A stretch of 62,721 nucleotides of DNA, the filler included, from Sanchytrium tribonematis (lineage: Eukaryota), in NCBI GenBank assembly GCA_018985235.1. It is 11 parts of 11 records of this genome, joined end to end, with 100 filler letters (N's around TTAATTAATTAA, not from the genome) between each part and the next. Parts side by side here need not be neighbours in the genome. Positions count along the whole stretch, not along the records: positions 47,074 to 50,916 come from JADGIG010000794.1; positions 51,017 to 54,856 come from JADGIG010000795.1; positions 54,957 to 58,794 come from JADGIG010000796.1; positions 58,895 to 62,721 come from JADGIG010000797.1; 7 more parts are not named here. One strand, written 5' to 3'. The notes under the pieces were generated by a model that was given only the letters and a program-made list of their open reading frames with translations, did not search any database and was not told the DNA's origin. This document shows positions 49,140 to 59,492 of the stretch, piece after piece; position 1 is the first letter of the stretch; every line of letters starts with the position of its first letter. The position numbers and the translations under genes were made by a program.

Positions 49140-50916
49140 CTATCTTAGTAGACCAACTATTCCCTTTCTTACAATAATCTGCAAATTAGAAGAAACAGAC
49201 GCAACACCACAGACTATAGAAGCCCCGAATACAATTAATGTAATTTGATATGGGAACTCAAAAAAAGAGGGTAAATTCGATAAAATAGCTTGCTGAGCTG
49301 TCATTGTCCATCCAATAAAAGATCCAACTAAGATTCCCAATAAACCTGCACTTAAAACCAACACTACAGCCTCAAAAATATACAAACGAAAGATTTCAAA
49401 TGCAGTTAATCCTAAAGATCTTACAATTCCTATTTCTTTCTTTTGTTCCATGATATTGACAGACATACTAGAATTCAAACTAAAGAACATCAGCAGAATG
49501 ATCATGACAGAAATACACTGAAACATTATCGACAATGCCGATTTAGCAAATGCGGCGGTATTCAGATCTGCACTTATGTTTAGAATGTCAACGTCCTCCC
49601 CAACATTTAGTTTTAAATCTCTTAAAAATACGTATTCCTCCTTGCCACTTAACCGCCTTGTTTTAATAAATGATGTTTGAATTGGAACTTTGTCAATTCC
49701 TGTAAAATTCCAGCCAGCTAATTTGTACATGGTAAAAATATCGGTCAGCGTAGCTGGTACCCTAGAAGTATATTTGCTCAAAGGAAATGCAGCAAATGAT
49801 GAAAAAGTTGCCTGCGTCTCGAATATTGTAACGTTATTAGTGAGCTGACCATTTGGCAATTGTTGTATAAGAGAAATACTAAATTTATCATATAGAGACT
49901 TAAGGAATATCTTATTATATATTGACTCGCCCATCAATAATGTATTTGAATTTCTGAGTCCGTACAAACTCTCCACCGGCGAGGTTGGCGAATTTCTACT
50001 GGACGTCATTTCAATAAAGTCAATATCCATAACTTCCAGAAAATTTGGACTTATGCCATATAAATTAGTTTTAAACATTGCCGTCTGCCCTAGATTACCA
50101 ATTTTTGTAAGTTTAAAATTGATTGCATCCCAGTCCGCAAGTGGGAAAGTTGAATATGCGACGTCAAGAACTTCTTCCCTACTCAGCAAAAATCGCTCAA
50201 TGTCTATGTAGCCAGAAATACCACTGGCTTTACCAGTATCAAAATAAGATGCAGATCTTAATCTGTAAATCGTACCGGCAGCTCTGCGTTTTGTAAAATC
50301 AAGATTATTAAGTTGAATATTGCCGCTCACTGTTAGAAAAATGATAAAGCTTAGAGCGACGGCAAATATTAATGTGGTCTTCTTGTTTCTAGATTTATGC
50401 GCCAGCAAGTTTCTACTAACCAATTGCTTCATTGATTTCTTCTCAAAGGGAATTATAAACAAAATATCTAGAATCATATTTTGAACGAAATGCTCAAAGT
50501 TAGTAGAGAGGATTGTTAGTCCACACAACATCATAACTAGAATTATAAAAAATATGTCAAACATAAGTACAATATCTCCACCAACTAGTGCCACCGGTAA
50601 TAAGTAATAAACAGAAAAGCCTACACCGACACAAATCATGCCGCCAATGACTTGATAAATGGGCACCTTACCGCTTTTACTTCTCTCGATTTGCACTTTG
50701 ACAGGTTTGAAACTGCTTTGCCTTTGGTCTAGAGCATCGTGAATATTATAACTAAGGGCCTTTCTAACAGGAATTATACTCGCAAAAATAGGAATAAAAA
50801 ATCCTAATATAAATGCAATTAATACACCTCTTCCACTAATCTTTACCTGAAGCGCCACTTCTAAAAGCTGATTTAAATACTGTCCAACAAAAATGAAGGC
50901 AATTTGGGACGCCAGC
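49140..50916 (-). CDS. FtsX/MacB-like permease-domain membrane protein, 5'-truncated
   Basis: NIMEQKKEIGIVRSLGL...YIFEA..LVL.AG.LG FtsX-permease signature; RNL..H..RN.KT; frame open to the contig start. Confidence 0.8.
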
Positions 50917-51016
50917 NNNNNNNNNNNNNNNNNNNNNNNNNNNNNNNNNNNNNNNNNNNNTTAATTAATTAANNNNNNNNNNNNNNNNNNNNNNNNNNNN
51001 NNNNNNNNNNNNNNNN
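50917..51016. other. Artificial contig linker
   Basis: N44-TTAATTAATTAA-N44. Confidence 0.98.
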
Positions 51017-51168
51017 CATTGTATTTGTGCTTTTTCCATGGCTGTATCCCAAGTTAATGGTGGACTGCCTACTAATTTTCTGGCTTCATTATGAATTGAT
51101 AAAATTTGGGGAATTTGATCAGAAGTGATGTAATTTGAAATTGAATAACTTATAGAGATCCATAACAT
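51017..51168 (-). CDS. CAP/SCP-domain secreted protein, N-terminal fragment
   Basis: ILSIHNEARKLVGSPPLTWDTAMEKAQIQ, matching the CAP HN..R..VG..PL.WD motif. Confidence 0.7.
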
Positions 51169-51503
51169 GCCTCTAGATCTCCATTCGTCTTTAAATAGAC
51201 GAGTAGGCATCATTCATTGATTTTCATTGGTGGGGCATCGCAGTCATTTTAAACGTGATGTCAAATTATGAATCACAAGTTTATTAATATAGTGTCACAC
51301 AAAGTCCCCAAACTTTGGTAATTACCAATCCAAAGGAGCTGCCTTGTTCAAAACAATTTTGTAATTAATTTAAACTAGCCAATCAAATAAATGGTTGCAC
51401 GATGCGGCAAGACTTTGCAATTTATTAAATTTCCAATCATAGAGTTGCAAGGTCCTGAGTTAATAACCTACTAGCTAATAAGGAAATTCAATCCAAAACA
51501 ATC

Positions 51504-51935
51504 ATGATGATATCTCGCCCCATTGAATACTTGATTACATACCAAAGCAGCGGCGTTGAAGTAATTCCCAAGAAACATCCATTTGCTAAAAGAAGAAGAT
51601 CCGTTCCTGTTCCTTGTGAATTAGTCGAATTGTTGCGACCCCATGTCTCTTCAAATATCTTGCCAGATGTGATTAAACTGGTTTATTTGTTTAAAGTACC
51701 TCGTGTCAGTCTGGAATTGGCATTACAGTATTTGAATGTATATCAACAAGTGGATTCTACTGAAAGGGAGCGGGTGATGGCATCCATCTTAATCTCTCAT
51801 AAAGTGAATCATGATTTAGTTGTAAAAAATGCAATGTGGTCTAAATATGCAAATGTATCCACTGCTAGGTTGAATGAGCTAGAGAGAACATTATTATACA
51901 AGTTGGATTTCTCAGTTTATGTCAATGGAATCTAA
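51504..51935 (+). CDS. Pho80/Pcl-type cyclin
   Basis: LELALQYL, SILISHKV.HD....NAMWSK, LNELERTLLYKLDF. Confidence 0.75.
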   Translation: MMISRPIEYLITYQSSGVEVIPKKHPFAKRRRSVPVPCELVELLRPHVSSNILPDVIKLVYLFKVPRVSLELALQYLNVYQQVDSTERERVMASILISHKVNHDLVVKNAMWSKYANVSTARLNELERTLLYKLDFSVYVNGI

Positions 51936-52089
51936 TAAATACAATAATTAGGAGAACTCCTTGGAATTTATTTACTTTTCAATTCTCAATTCGAAAATAC
52001 CTTTCAAGTGATTCTTGTGCAACATACGAGTTAAAATACTTTGCATCGTCAATTGCCAACATCACAAAGACTTGTTCTCAATCAATTTA

Positions 52090-52758
52090 TTAAATTTGCA
52101 TGAAATTCACTGGAGAATTGGCTTCACAAATAATTTCAATTTTCTTAATATATTCATCCTCATTTTCATATTTCACTTTAAAATTCACTAGGATATGTCC
52201 CATTGGGACTAGAAATGCGTCTTTGGCTTCACCATCCTTGTCAGATTTGATGGAGTGGGTTTGCTTATTTGTTTTGACTTGTAATTTCACTAATTTCAAT
52301 CCATCATAAAATGGAGTTACACTTTCTATTTGCTCGTCCAAATCAAATGTAATTTCATAATCAGGTTCTACATTATCAAATTTCTCTGATTTGCCAATGT
52401 GCCACACCAATCCGTCTTCATTTTCACAACTAATTGTCTCAATTTTATCAGTTGCAATCCCAAATAATCGTCTAATTTTACGACTTTTAGCTGTTTTGAG
52501 TGTATCTGCACCAGACATGCTCATATTCCATGTTCCTTCTAAATTGACTGAATCACCTGCCATGCCTCCACCTGATATTGGAAACTGTAAATTAGTATTC
52601 GTATTGACGTTGGATAAGAAATTGGGTGCAAAATGATTTGTATTGACTGAATTGGACCAACTCATCCCTGTTTGATCCTGTTGCAAAAATAAAAATACAT
52701 ATCTAAATGATGTTTTGAGCATAGTGACTTGGGATATGACTTGTATCCCATTAAGCAT
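52090..52758 (-). CDS. Hypothetical protein with jacalin-like C-terminal beta domain
   Basis: DEQIESV...LVKLQVKTNKQT...F.VP.G..LV.F resembles the jacalin lectin fold; start uncertain. Confidence 0.5.
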   Translation of the reverse strand: MLNGIQVISQVTMLKTSFRYVFLFLQQDQTGMSWSNSVNTNHFAPNFLSNVNTNTNLQFPISGGGMAGDSVNLEGTWNMSMSGADTLKTAKSRKIRRLFGIATDKIETISCENEDGLVWHIGKSEKFDNVEPDYEITFDLDEQIESVTPFYDGLKLVKLQVKTNKQTHSIKSDKDGEAKDAFLVPMGHILVNFKVKYENEDEYIKKIEIICEANSPVNFMQI

Positions 52759-52857
52759 ACGATTAACAAATCAACCATTTAATTTAAGCGTGCAAGATTT
52801 CCAATCATTGGTTCAAATATTTAAAATTGACACAAATGAAATTCATCTGACCACCGT

Positions 52858-53526
52858 ATGTTCTTCTCAATAGTCATTCTCGCATTATCAATATCAAAGA
52901 CAGATCCTATAGTTACCATCTCACAACCATGTCAAATTGCCATTGGTGAGTTTACAACATGTTTACAAAAATTCAATGACAACTTTTTCATTCCCATAGA
53001 GGGAGATCAATGCACCAGTTGCGCATCAAGTTATAAATCGTATCAATTGGCATGCGCATCTGAAATTGCTGCTAAAAATTACATTGTATTTGCTTATGAT
53101 GTGATTTGCCATCAAGAAAAAGGTATTTATTGCAACAATCAAATCAGTCAGACACAAGTTACATTTAACTGCAAAAATGCATGTCATCAATATGCTGCTA
53201 ATTTCATTTTAAATGCACCACAAGGAATGGGATTCATGTACACCAAATCTGCCAAAATAATTAAAAATGGAAATGAATTAAAGCCTAGTGTCTACACAAA
53301 ATACTGGGATTTAGATCAAATGGCTAAATGCGTGGATGATAAATGTACTGAATCATCATGGCAGTATTATTCTTGCATAAATAGCAAGAAATCACTGGGA
53401 GTTAGTAAAATGTGCAAGATGTGCGATGCTTCCAATTATCATAAATACTGCAAATCAAGCAAATTTATGACATGGTCTGATACGACGCACATGCTTAACT
53501 TGTGTTCTACATACAAGAACAAATAA
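52858..53526 (+). CDS. Secreted Cys-rich protein, tandem family member 1
   Basis: Hydrophobic N-terminus; CTSCAS.Y..Y..AC..EIAA.NY.VF.YDVICHQEKG.YCN. Confidence 0.8.
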   Translation: MFFSIVILALSISKTDPIVTISQPCQIAIGEFTTCLQKFNDNFFIPIEGDQCTSCASSYKSYQLACASEIAAKNYIVFAYDVICHQEKGIYCNNQISQTQVTFNCKNACHQYAANFILNAPQGMGFMYTKSAKIIKNGNELKPSVYTKYWDLDQMAKCVDDKCTESSWQYYSCINSKKSLGVSKMCKMCDASNYHKYCKSSKFMTWSDTTHMLNLCSTYKNK

Positions 53527-53591
53527 ATTTAAATTTTACAAGCCACGAAACTTTTTTGTAATAAAAAATTTAAAATGGCTCAAGCCACTTG

Positions 53592-54500
53592 ATGCTATTA
53601 ACCACGACCATTCTAGCTCAGCTACTTCACAAACCAGAAGACTTCCAAGCTATTGATATTGGAACAGATTTATCTTCAGCCTGCACAAAAGCAGTCTCAG
53701 ATTTCACGGTTTGTTTGAATAACTACGGGTCCAAAGGATCAGACCAGGATAAGTGTACCAGTTGCGCGTCAAAATACTCTGATTACAAGTCAGCCTGCTC
53801 CATTGAAATTGCTGCAAACAATTACCAGGTTTTCAACTATGACGTGATTTGTCATCAAGAAAATGGAGTCTACTGCAATACTCCAGTAAATAACACCCAA
53901 GGCACCTTCAATTGTAACAGCGCATGCCACAAGTACGCGTCAAACTTTGTTTTAAGCGGGCAAGAAAGTGTTGGATATTTGTATTCTAAAGCTGCCAAAA
54001 AGACCAGCCCATACTTTGCAAACTACTGGAATTTAGAAGATATGGTATCTTGCTTAGATACTGGATGCGTTAAATCAACCTGGAATCGATTTTCATGCGT
54101 GTATGACAAATTTCAGTTCCTTGATAAATCTGCATCTGAATTTAGCACAGCAATAGCAAGTACATGCAGTGGATGCGATCCAAGTGATTTTCAAGCACAA
54201 TGTAAATGGCCATACAAAATGGCAATGGCGTATCAATTGGATCAAATCTGTCACAAGGAAAATGGAGAATTTTGTTACACAAAATGGTTTGATGTAGCAG
54301 GTACTGGAAAACTAAACAATTTTACTTGCTCTGCATGTGATGAGTACTTGTATACTTCATACTTGAAGGATTTGACTATCAAGGGGGATGCCGTTGCCAA
54401 ATATGCAGAATCTGGCTACAACAGCACTTCTTTCCAAAAATGTGCTTCCTCTGGTGTCACTGGAATGATTCTGGGATTGTTGGGATTGTTGATGTTGTAG
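53592..54500 (+). CDS. Secreted, possibly GPI-anchored Cys-rich protein, tandem family member 2 (two internal repeats)
   Basis: YDVICHQENGVYCN and LDQICHKENGEFCY repeats; hydrophobic C-terminus SSGVTGMILGLLGLLML. Confidence 0.8.
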   Translation: MLLTTTILAQLLHKPEDFQAIDIGTDLSSACTKAVSDFTVCLNNYGSKGSDQDKCTSCASKYSDYKSACSIEIAANNYQVFNYDVICHQENGVYCNTPVNNTQGTFNCNSACHKYASNFVLSGQESVGYLYSKAAKKTSPYFANYWNLEDMVSCLDTGCVKSTWNRFSCVYDKFQFLDKSASEFSTAIASTCSGCDPSDFQAQCKWPYKMAMAYQLDQICHKENGEFCYTKWFDVAGTGKLNNFTCSACDEYLYTSYLKDLTIKGDAVAKYAESGYNSTSFQKCASSGVTGMILGLLGLLML

Positions 54501-54634
54501 ACATGTCAATAAATTGTGAAATTGAATTTTCTGCAAAATGCAACCGTGCAGGATTCATCTTGCAAACATCTGCAAGAAATACTTTAATTGGTACAAGTCA
54601 TCACATTTGTCTCAAAGTGATAAACGACCCTCTA

Positions 54635-54856
54635 ATGAACATGATCTTTTCCATCGCAATTCTAGCATTAAGACTACCAAAAAACCCTAACAAGTATGGC
54701 ATTTCAGAAAACTGCAACATCACAATTAGCAATTTCACAGTTTCATTAAACGATTACTCTTTGATAAAACCAGAAGCATCTGATCAAGAGATATGCACAC
54801 AACCTCAAGTTAAAAGCGATTACAAAGATTATCAATCTGCATGCGCTCCTGAAATC
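54635..54856 (+). CDS. Secreted Cys-rich protein, tandem family member 3, truncated
   Basis: MIFSIAILAL (cf. MFFSIVILAL); IS.NC..TISNFT; YKDYQSACAPEI. Confidence 0.7.
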
Positions 54857-54956
54857 NNNNNNNNNNNNNNNNNNNNNNNNNNNNNNNNNNNNNNNNNNNN
54901 TTAATTAATTAANNNNNNNNNNNNNNNNNNNNNNNNNNNNNNNNNNNNNNNNNNNN
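54857..54956. other. Artificial contig linker
   Basis: N44-TTAATTAATTAA-N44. Confidence 0.98.
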
Positions 54957-55124
54957 TATCTGTGCATCCAACAGTGAGTGTCAACAAATCTCAATGTGTC
55001 AAAAATTAAATCTAATTTAATTTATTGGATGAAGTATTGACTGTACGGAAACTTTACGTTAAAACAAATTTTGCAGTTCTTTCAGAGGCTCTGTTTTTTA
55101 AAAAAGCTCATTCTTATTAAAGAT

Positions 55125-56342
55125 TTAAAATTTTTTAAATTTACTCTTTGGAGGGCGTGTCTTCCTTTTAGAAGTAGGCATTTGCGGCTCAGTAGTTTCG
55201 TTGTTTTTGAGATTTAGATTTTGATTTTTATACAACATCTTGAGCCTTTCTAATCTTCCAGGGATCCTACTATTTATAAGAAACCAACCTTCAAATTGTT
55301 CGTGAGTCCAATTTAATTCTTTTAAAATGCGCCTTCGATTTGCGCTACTTCTTGCATCTTTGTGAAAAGAACCTTCGCCTTCTAAAATTAGAATTTTCAA
55401 CAATTTCTTGTCAACCGAATTTGAATCCTCCGGTCTTGATTGCTCGCTGTATTTGTACTCAAACTCATGGAAATCCAAATCCCCCAAAGTGTCAATCAAT
55501 TCCTCAAAATTGGCTTCACGCTCGTCATCGTACATATCGCAGTCTTGGTAGTTGAGAACAGATTTTTTGACGTCCTCTGGAACTGCTGAAGAAATCTCTT
55601 TTTCCATTAAACTTCTGGTCTCATTTGCTTTTAATGGTTTCAATGCACTAAAATTCTCAGGTAGCGGAGGAAAATTTTGTTCTAACCCAGCATTAACTAA
55701 GCGCTCCACATCCTCACTGAAGTATCCAAGATAGTAAGAGATTTCTTCATTGCTAAGATCTGGAAATATTACCCTAATATTTTCAAAATTTTGGTGGAAA
55801 GACTCTGGACTTTCGGCAACTATGGTTCTCGCCTTATAATCGAGGTGCGGTGGTACAAAAACCTTTTTTGTGAATTTGCGTGCAATGTCGCACAACTCGT
55901 CCATACCTTCCCAATTACTGTAGATCATTAGATCTTGGAAAAAATCACAATCCTCAAAATATGTAGAATCATCTCCAGGCTTATAAAATCTGTTAGCCAA
56001 TTCCACTAGCTCAACTTTCAGATTATTATCTAAATATAAGATCTTAAAATACATCTCAAAAGTCATGATGGTTTTAAGCTTTTCAAGTTTGGAAAAATGC
56101 TTGTAATTCGGCATATCAAAATTCAGAGCTGGTAGATAGCTCCTAAAATTGGGTATATGCAAGACAATATATAATACATCCACATTCTGGATCCAGTCAA
56201 AATTTATCAAAGCTTCACAATGCGATTGTAGCAACTCGATGGCCTGGTCAAGTGAATTAGATAGTGTAGATATACCAATAGCCTTGTTCGTGTTAGTTTC
56301 AATTGATAGTATTTTTTCCAGCTTTGGATTGAGGTTTGACAT
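55125..56342 (-). CDS. CUE-domain protein, Cue3/ASCC2-like (ribosome quality-control trigger)
   Basis: CUE: IFPDLS...L.YF..DVE..VN..LE..PP; YDDE; F.KDAR....R..I......HEQFEGW. Confidence 0.7.
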   Translation of the reverse strand: MSNLNPKLEKILSIETNTNKAIGISTLSNSLDQAIELLQSHCEALINFDWIQNVDVLYIVLHIPNFRSYLPALNFDMPNYKHFSKLEKLKTIMTFEMYFKILYLDNNLKVELVELANRFYKPGDDSTYFEDCDFFQDLMIYSNWEGMDELCDIARKFTKKVFVPPHLDYKARTIVAESPESFHQNFENIRVIFPDLSNEEISYYLGYFSEDVERLVNAGLEQNFPPLPENFSALKPLKANETRSLMEKEISSAVPEDVKKSVLNYQDCDMYDDEREANFEELIDTLGDLDFHEFEYKYSEQSRPEDSNSVDKKLLKILILEGEGSFHKDARSSANRRRILKELNWTHEQFEGWFLINSRIPGRLERLKMLYKNQNLNLKNNETTEPQMPTSKRKTRPPKSKFKKF

Positions 56343-56372
56343 TTTTATTTTTAAGGAGATATCTGTGTTGCA

Positions 56373-57239
56373 ATGATAATTAAATTGTGCGCCGATTCGG
56401 ACACATTGTTCTTGGGAGGATTGAAAAATATCGTTGAGGTCGACAAAAACCTAAAAATTAAGAATGTCATGGGTATACAATCACCAGTGCGACATATGCT
56501 TTTATTCAATGGTAAATTAAAATACATTTTACAAAATAAGGTATTTGGCCTGGCATTACTACCAAAAAAATCAACCGACTTCATTGAACATCAAGGTAAA
56601 TTTTTTGTAAGTGATAAGAGTGGAGACATTTACGAAGCGACCTCAGGTCACCTGAAATTATTACTCGGGCATGTAAGTATAGTTACAAAGATTCTTTTTA
56701 AAGATAACAAAATATATAGTTGTGATAAAGATCGAAAAATTAGAGTCACGCATTATCCTAACACCCAAAATATTGATTATTTTTGCTTAGGTCATACTGA
56801 TTATATCTCTACAATGGATTTTTATCAGGACTTTTTGATTAGTGCAGGAGGTAAGGATGAGGCATATATCTGGAAGGAAAGTAATAATGTGGGTAAAATT
56901 CCACTCCCATTTTTTAAGACTAGAAAGCTTTACTGCATGGATAATTATGTTGTATTTCTCCCTGAAGAGCGTAATGAAATTTACATATATAATTTTCAAA
57001 CAAAGTCAGGCTTTTTGAAAATATTGCCTGATTCTCCTTTGGACTGTTGCTCTTTTATAAACTTCTTGGTAATTTCACAAGCCAATGATTGTTCAGTTAT
57101 ATTACTTGATCTTGAAAAGGATACCATCAGAAGTCTTTTGATTGCCGAACTTGAGAAAGGCTCCATTCCGCATGATTTGGCATTCCCCTCTAAAGAATTG
57201 ACAAACAAATTTAAAGATAGAATGACGCTTAATAAATAA
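56373..57239 (+). CDS. TRM82: tRNA m7G46 methyltransferase WD40 subunit Trm82/WDR4
   Basis: SDKSGDIY, LLLGHVS, CDKDRKIRVTHYP, FCLGHTDYIS. Confidence 0.85.
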   Translation: MIIKLCADSDTLFLGGLKNIVEVDKNLKIKNVMGIQSPVRHMLLFNGKLKYILQNKVFGLALLPKKSTDFIEHQGKFFVSDKSGDIYEATSGHLKLLLGHVSIVTKILFKDNKIYSCDKDRKIRVTHYPNTQNIDYFCLGHTDYISTMDFYQDFLISAGGKDEAYIWKESNNVGKIPLPFFKTRKLYCMDNYVVFLPEERNEIYIYNFQTKSGFLKILPDSPLDCCSFINFLVISQANDCSVILLDLEKDTIRSLLIAELEKGSIPHDLAFPSKELTNKFKDRMTLNK

Positions 57240-57289
57240 TCTTATAACTTTTGTTATGTAAGATTTTGATCTTGTGTGACTAACAGGGG

Positions 57290-58794
57290 ATGGATTTTTC
57301 ACTTCCAAGTGAATCAACAAACCAAAAAAGAGTAAGAGAGGCAATCAGTTACAAAGAGATTGGGTCAAAAAGACAATTGGATAAAAGTGAAGAAGATCTA
57401 AAACGCAAAAAGAATAAAAAAACCATCGAAAGGGAATCAAACATGAGCCTGGATTTTTTAGAATTGAGTCACATTGACAATGCCAGCGAACAGGCACCTA
57501 ATTGTCTTCTAAATTTGAATAAGATGGAAATTTTTGATGGGCGTACCCTCCAAAATTTACTGTTATGGTGCTGTGGTGACGGTTTAAATCCTCCTGCTTT
57601 ATTGGTGAAGAGAAAAACTAAGATATCAAAGGTAGTTATCGTCCACGTTCCCAACTTAAGTCCAATCGACATGGTTACCTATAAAAACCTTAAAGAAAAG
57701 CATTTTTTATCGAAAGACAAATTCAAGCCAATACACATGAAGACCGTCGCTGACTCGAGAGTCATCAATGGTGAATGGAATGGCGATTTTTCTTCTTTGC
57801 GGGATATTTTTAAAACTATTGTCCCTTTTCAGATCCCTGTGCGAAGGCGCCACTTCGAAAAAGTCTACAATTTTCTATTAAGACTTTCGCCTAGCTTGAA
57901 AGTTAAGCATTCTATTTCTACCGAATCAAACATGTCTGTGTCTAAATGGGAGAAGGAAATTTCTGAATGTAAATTTGTACTCAAAAAAGCCATTAATATA
58001 TTTCACGTAACTTCTGAGCAATTGGAATCAAATAACTATCCTAAAATAAGTGACGAAATTAGGTCTGACTTTCATTTTTCGGAGATATTGAAAGAAAATG
58101 TATCTGTCTCCATATATTATTCAAAAGTAAACGAAAATCATAGATATGTCAGTCTGAAGCCGTTATCCACTTCAAATCTAAAGGTTTGGGCACTTGATTG
58201 TGAAATGGTTGAAACAAGCTATGGAGATGAAGCTACGAGAATCAGTCTAGTAGACGATCATGGTCTAATAGTCTATGACAAAATCTTCAAACCCACTGGA
58301 CACATTATGGACTACAGGACTAAGTATTCCGGAATGACTAAAGAATTAATCGAAAATTCCCAAGAATCTTTATGTTCAGTTCAGCTTGAGCTTATTAGAT
58401 TATTTGATGATTTCAAAGGCGTTATATATTTGGTGGGGCATTCTTTAGAAAACGATTTAAAGTCTCTGAGGATCATTTACAATTACAATATCGATACTTC
58501 CTTGCTTTACGATGGCCCAGGTGTTGGTCTTAAAAGCTCACTGAAATATCTCGCTCAGAAGTACTTGGGAAAAACAATTCAAACAGGAGTGCACGACTCA
58601 GTAATTGATGCGAGAGTAGCGTTCGAGTTATTTCTATTAAAAATTCAAAAAGGTCCTACATTTGGGCGAAAACAACTTATGTACGAACCGTTTTGGAGTA
58701 GAATAGAAAGAGCAAACGGTCGACAAGCAGTTGTTTTGGATAGGCCAGAAAGGTTGAAAAGTATTGGCGAGGGAGCTTGGAAGTCTGTTGAAAT
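57290..58794 (+). CDS. DEDDh RNA exonuclease, Rex1/REXO-like, 3'-truncated
   Basis: ALDCEMV, DYRTKYSG, LVGHSLENDL, DTS, SLKYLA.KYL...IQ..HDSVIDA. Confidence 0.9.
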
Positions 58795-58894
58795 NNNNNN
58801 NNNNNNNNNNNNNNNNNNNNNNNNNNNNNNNNNNNNNNTTAATTAATTAANNNNNNNNNNNNNNNNNNNNNNNNNNNNNNNNNNNNNNNNNNNN
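58795..58894. other. Artificial contig linker
   Basis: N44-TTAATTAATTAA-N44. Confidence 0.98.
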
Positions 58895-58960
58895 TATCCC
58901 CTTAATTCCCCCTCTCTTCTCTTTCAAATGTCTCTATTTTTCCTCCTTGAAAATCTCAAA

Positions 58961-59460
58961 ATGAAATCCATCCAAATGCCCATTAATCTACTCCAACACA
59001 TTAAACAATTTCCATTAATCCCGCCAATTAAGAATAAAGTCGTTCAACAGGATCAATTGATGATTATGATGGTCGGTGGTCCCAATAATCGATCTGATTA
59101 TCACATTAATCCCACAAATGAATGGTTTTATCAATTACAAGGCACCATGACTCTCAAAATCATTGAAAATGGCATATTTAAAGATGTAGAAATCAAACAA
59201 GGTGAATCTTTTTTATTGCCCTCTTTAATGCCACATTCCCCTCAAAGAACACCAAATTCATTGGGATTGGTGATTGAAATGGAACGACCTCGTGATTTAC
59301 TAGATGAGTTAAGATGGTATTGTAAACAATGTAAGCATTTAATGCACTCAGAACACGTGAGGGTGAATGATTTAAACAGGATTTAATTGGACCCATCAAG
59401 AAATATACACAAAATGAACATTCTTGTGAGAAATGTGGGGAATTGCATCAGTATCAGTAA
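58961..59460 (+). CDS. BNA1: 3-hydroxyanthranilate 3,4-dioxygenase; C-terminus in another frame after about 59380
   Basis: VGGPN.RSDYHINPT.EWFYQ, PHSPQR, GLVIE, LRWYCKQC; the second CxxC (CEKC) lies in a shifted frame ending at TAA 59460. Confidence 0.9.
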
Positions 59461-59492
59461 AATGAATTCTTATATTTATTTGCTTTTGGAGA

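Noticed and set aside
52678..52698. Candidate 21-nt intron GTATTTTTATTTTTGCAACAG (minus strand)
   Set aside because: Frame-preserving, stop-free and lacks the -6 A; possible but untestable from DNA alone
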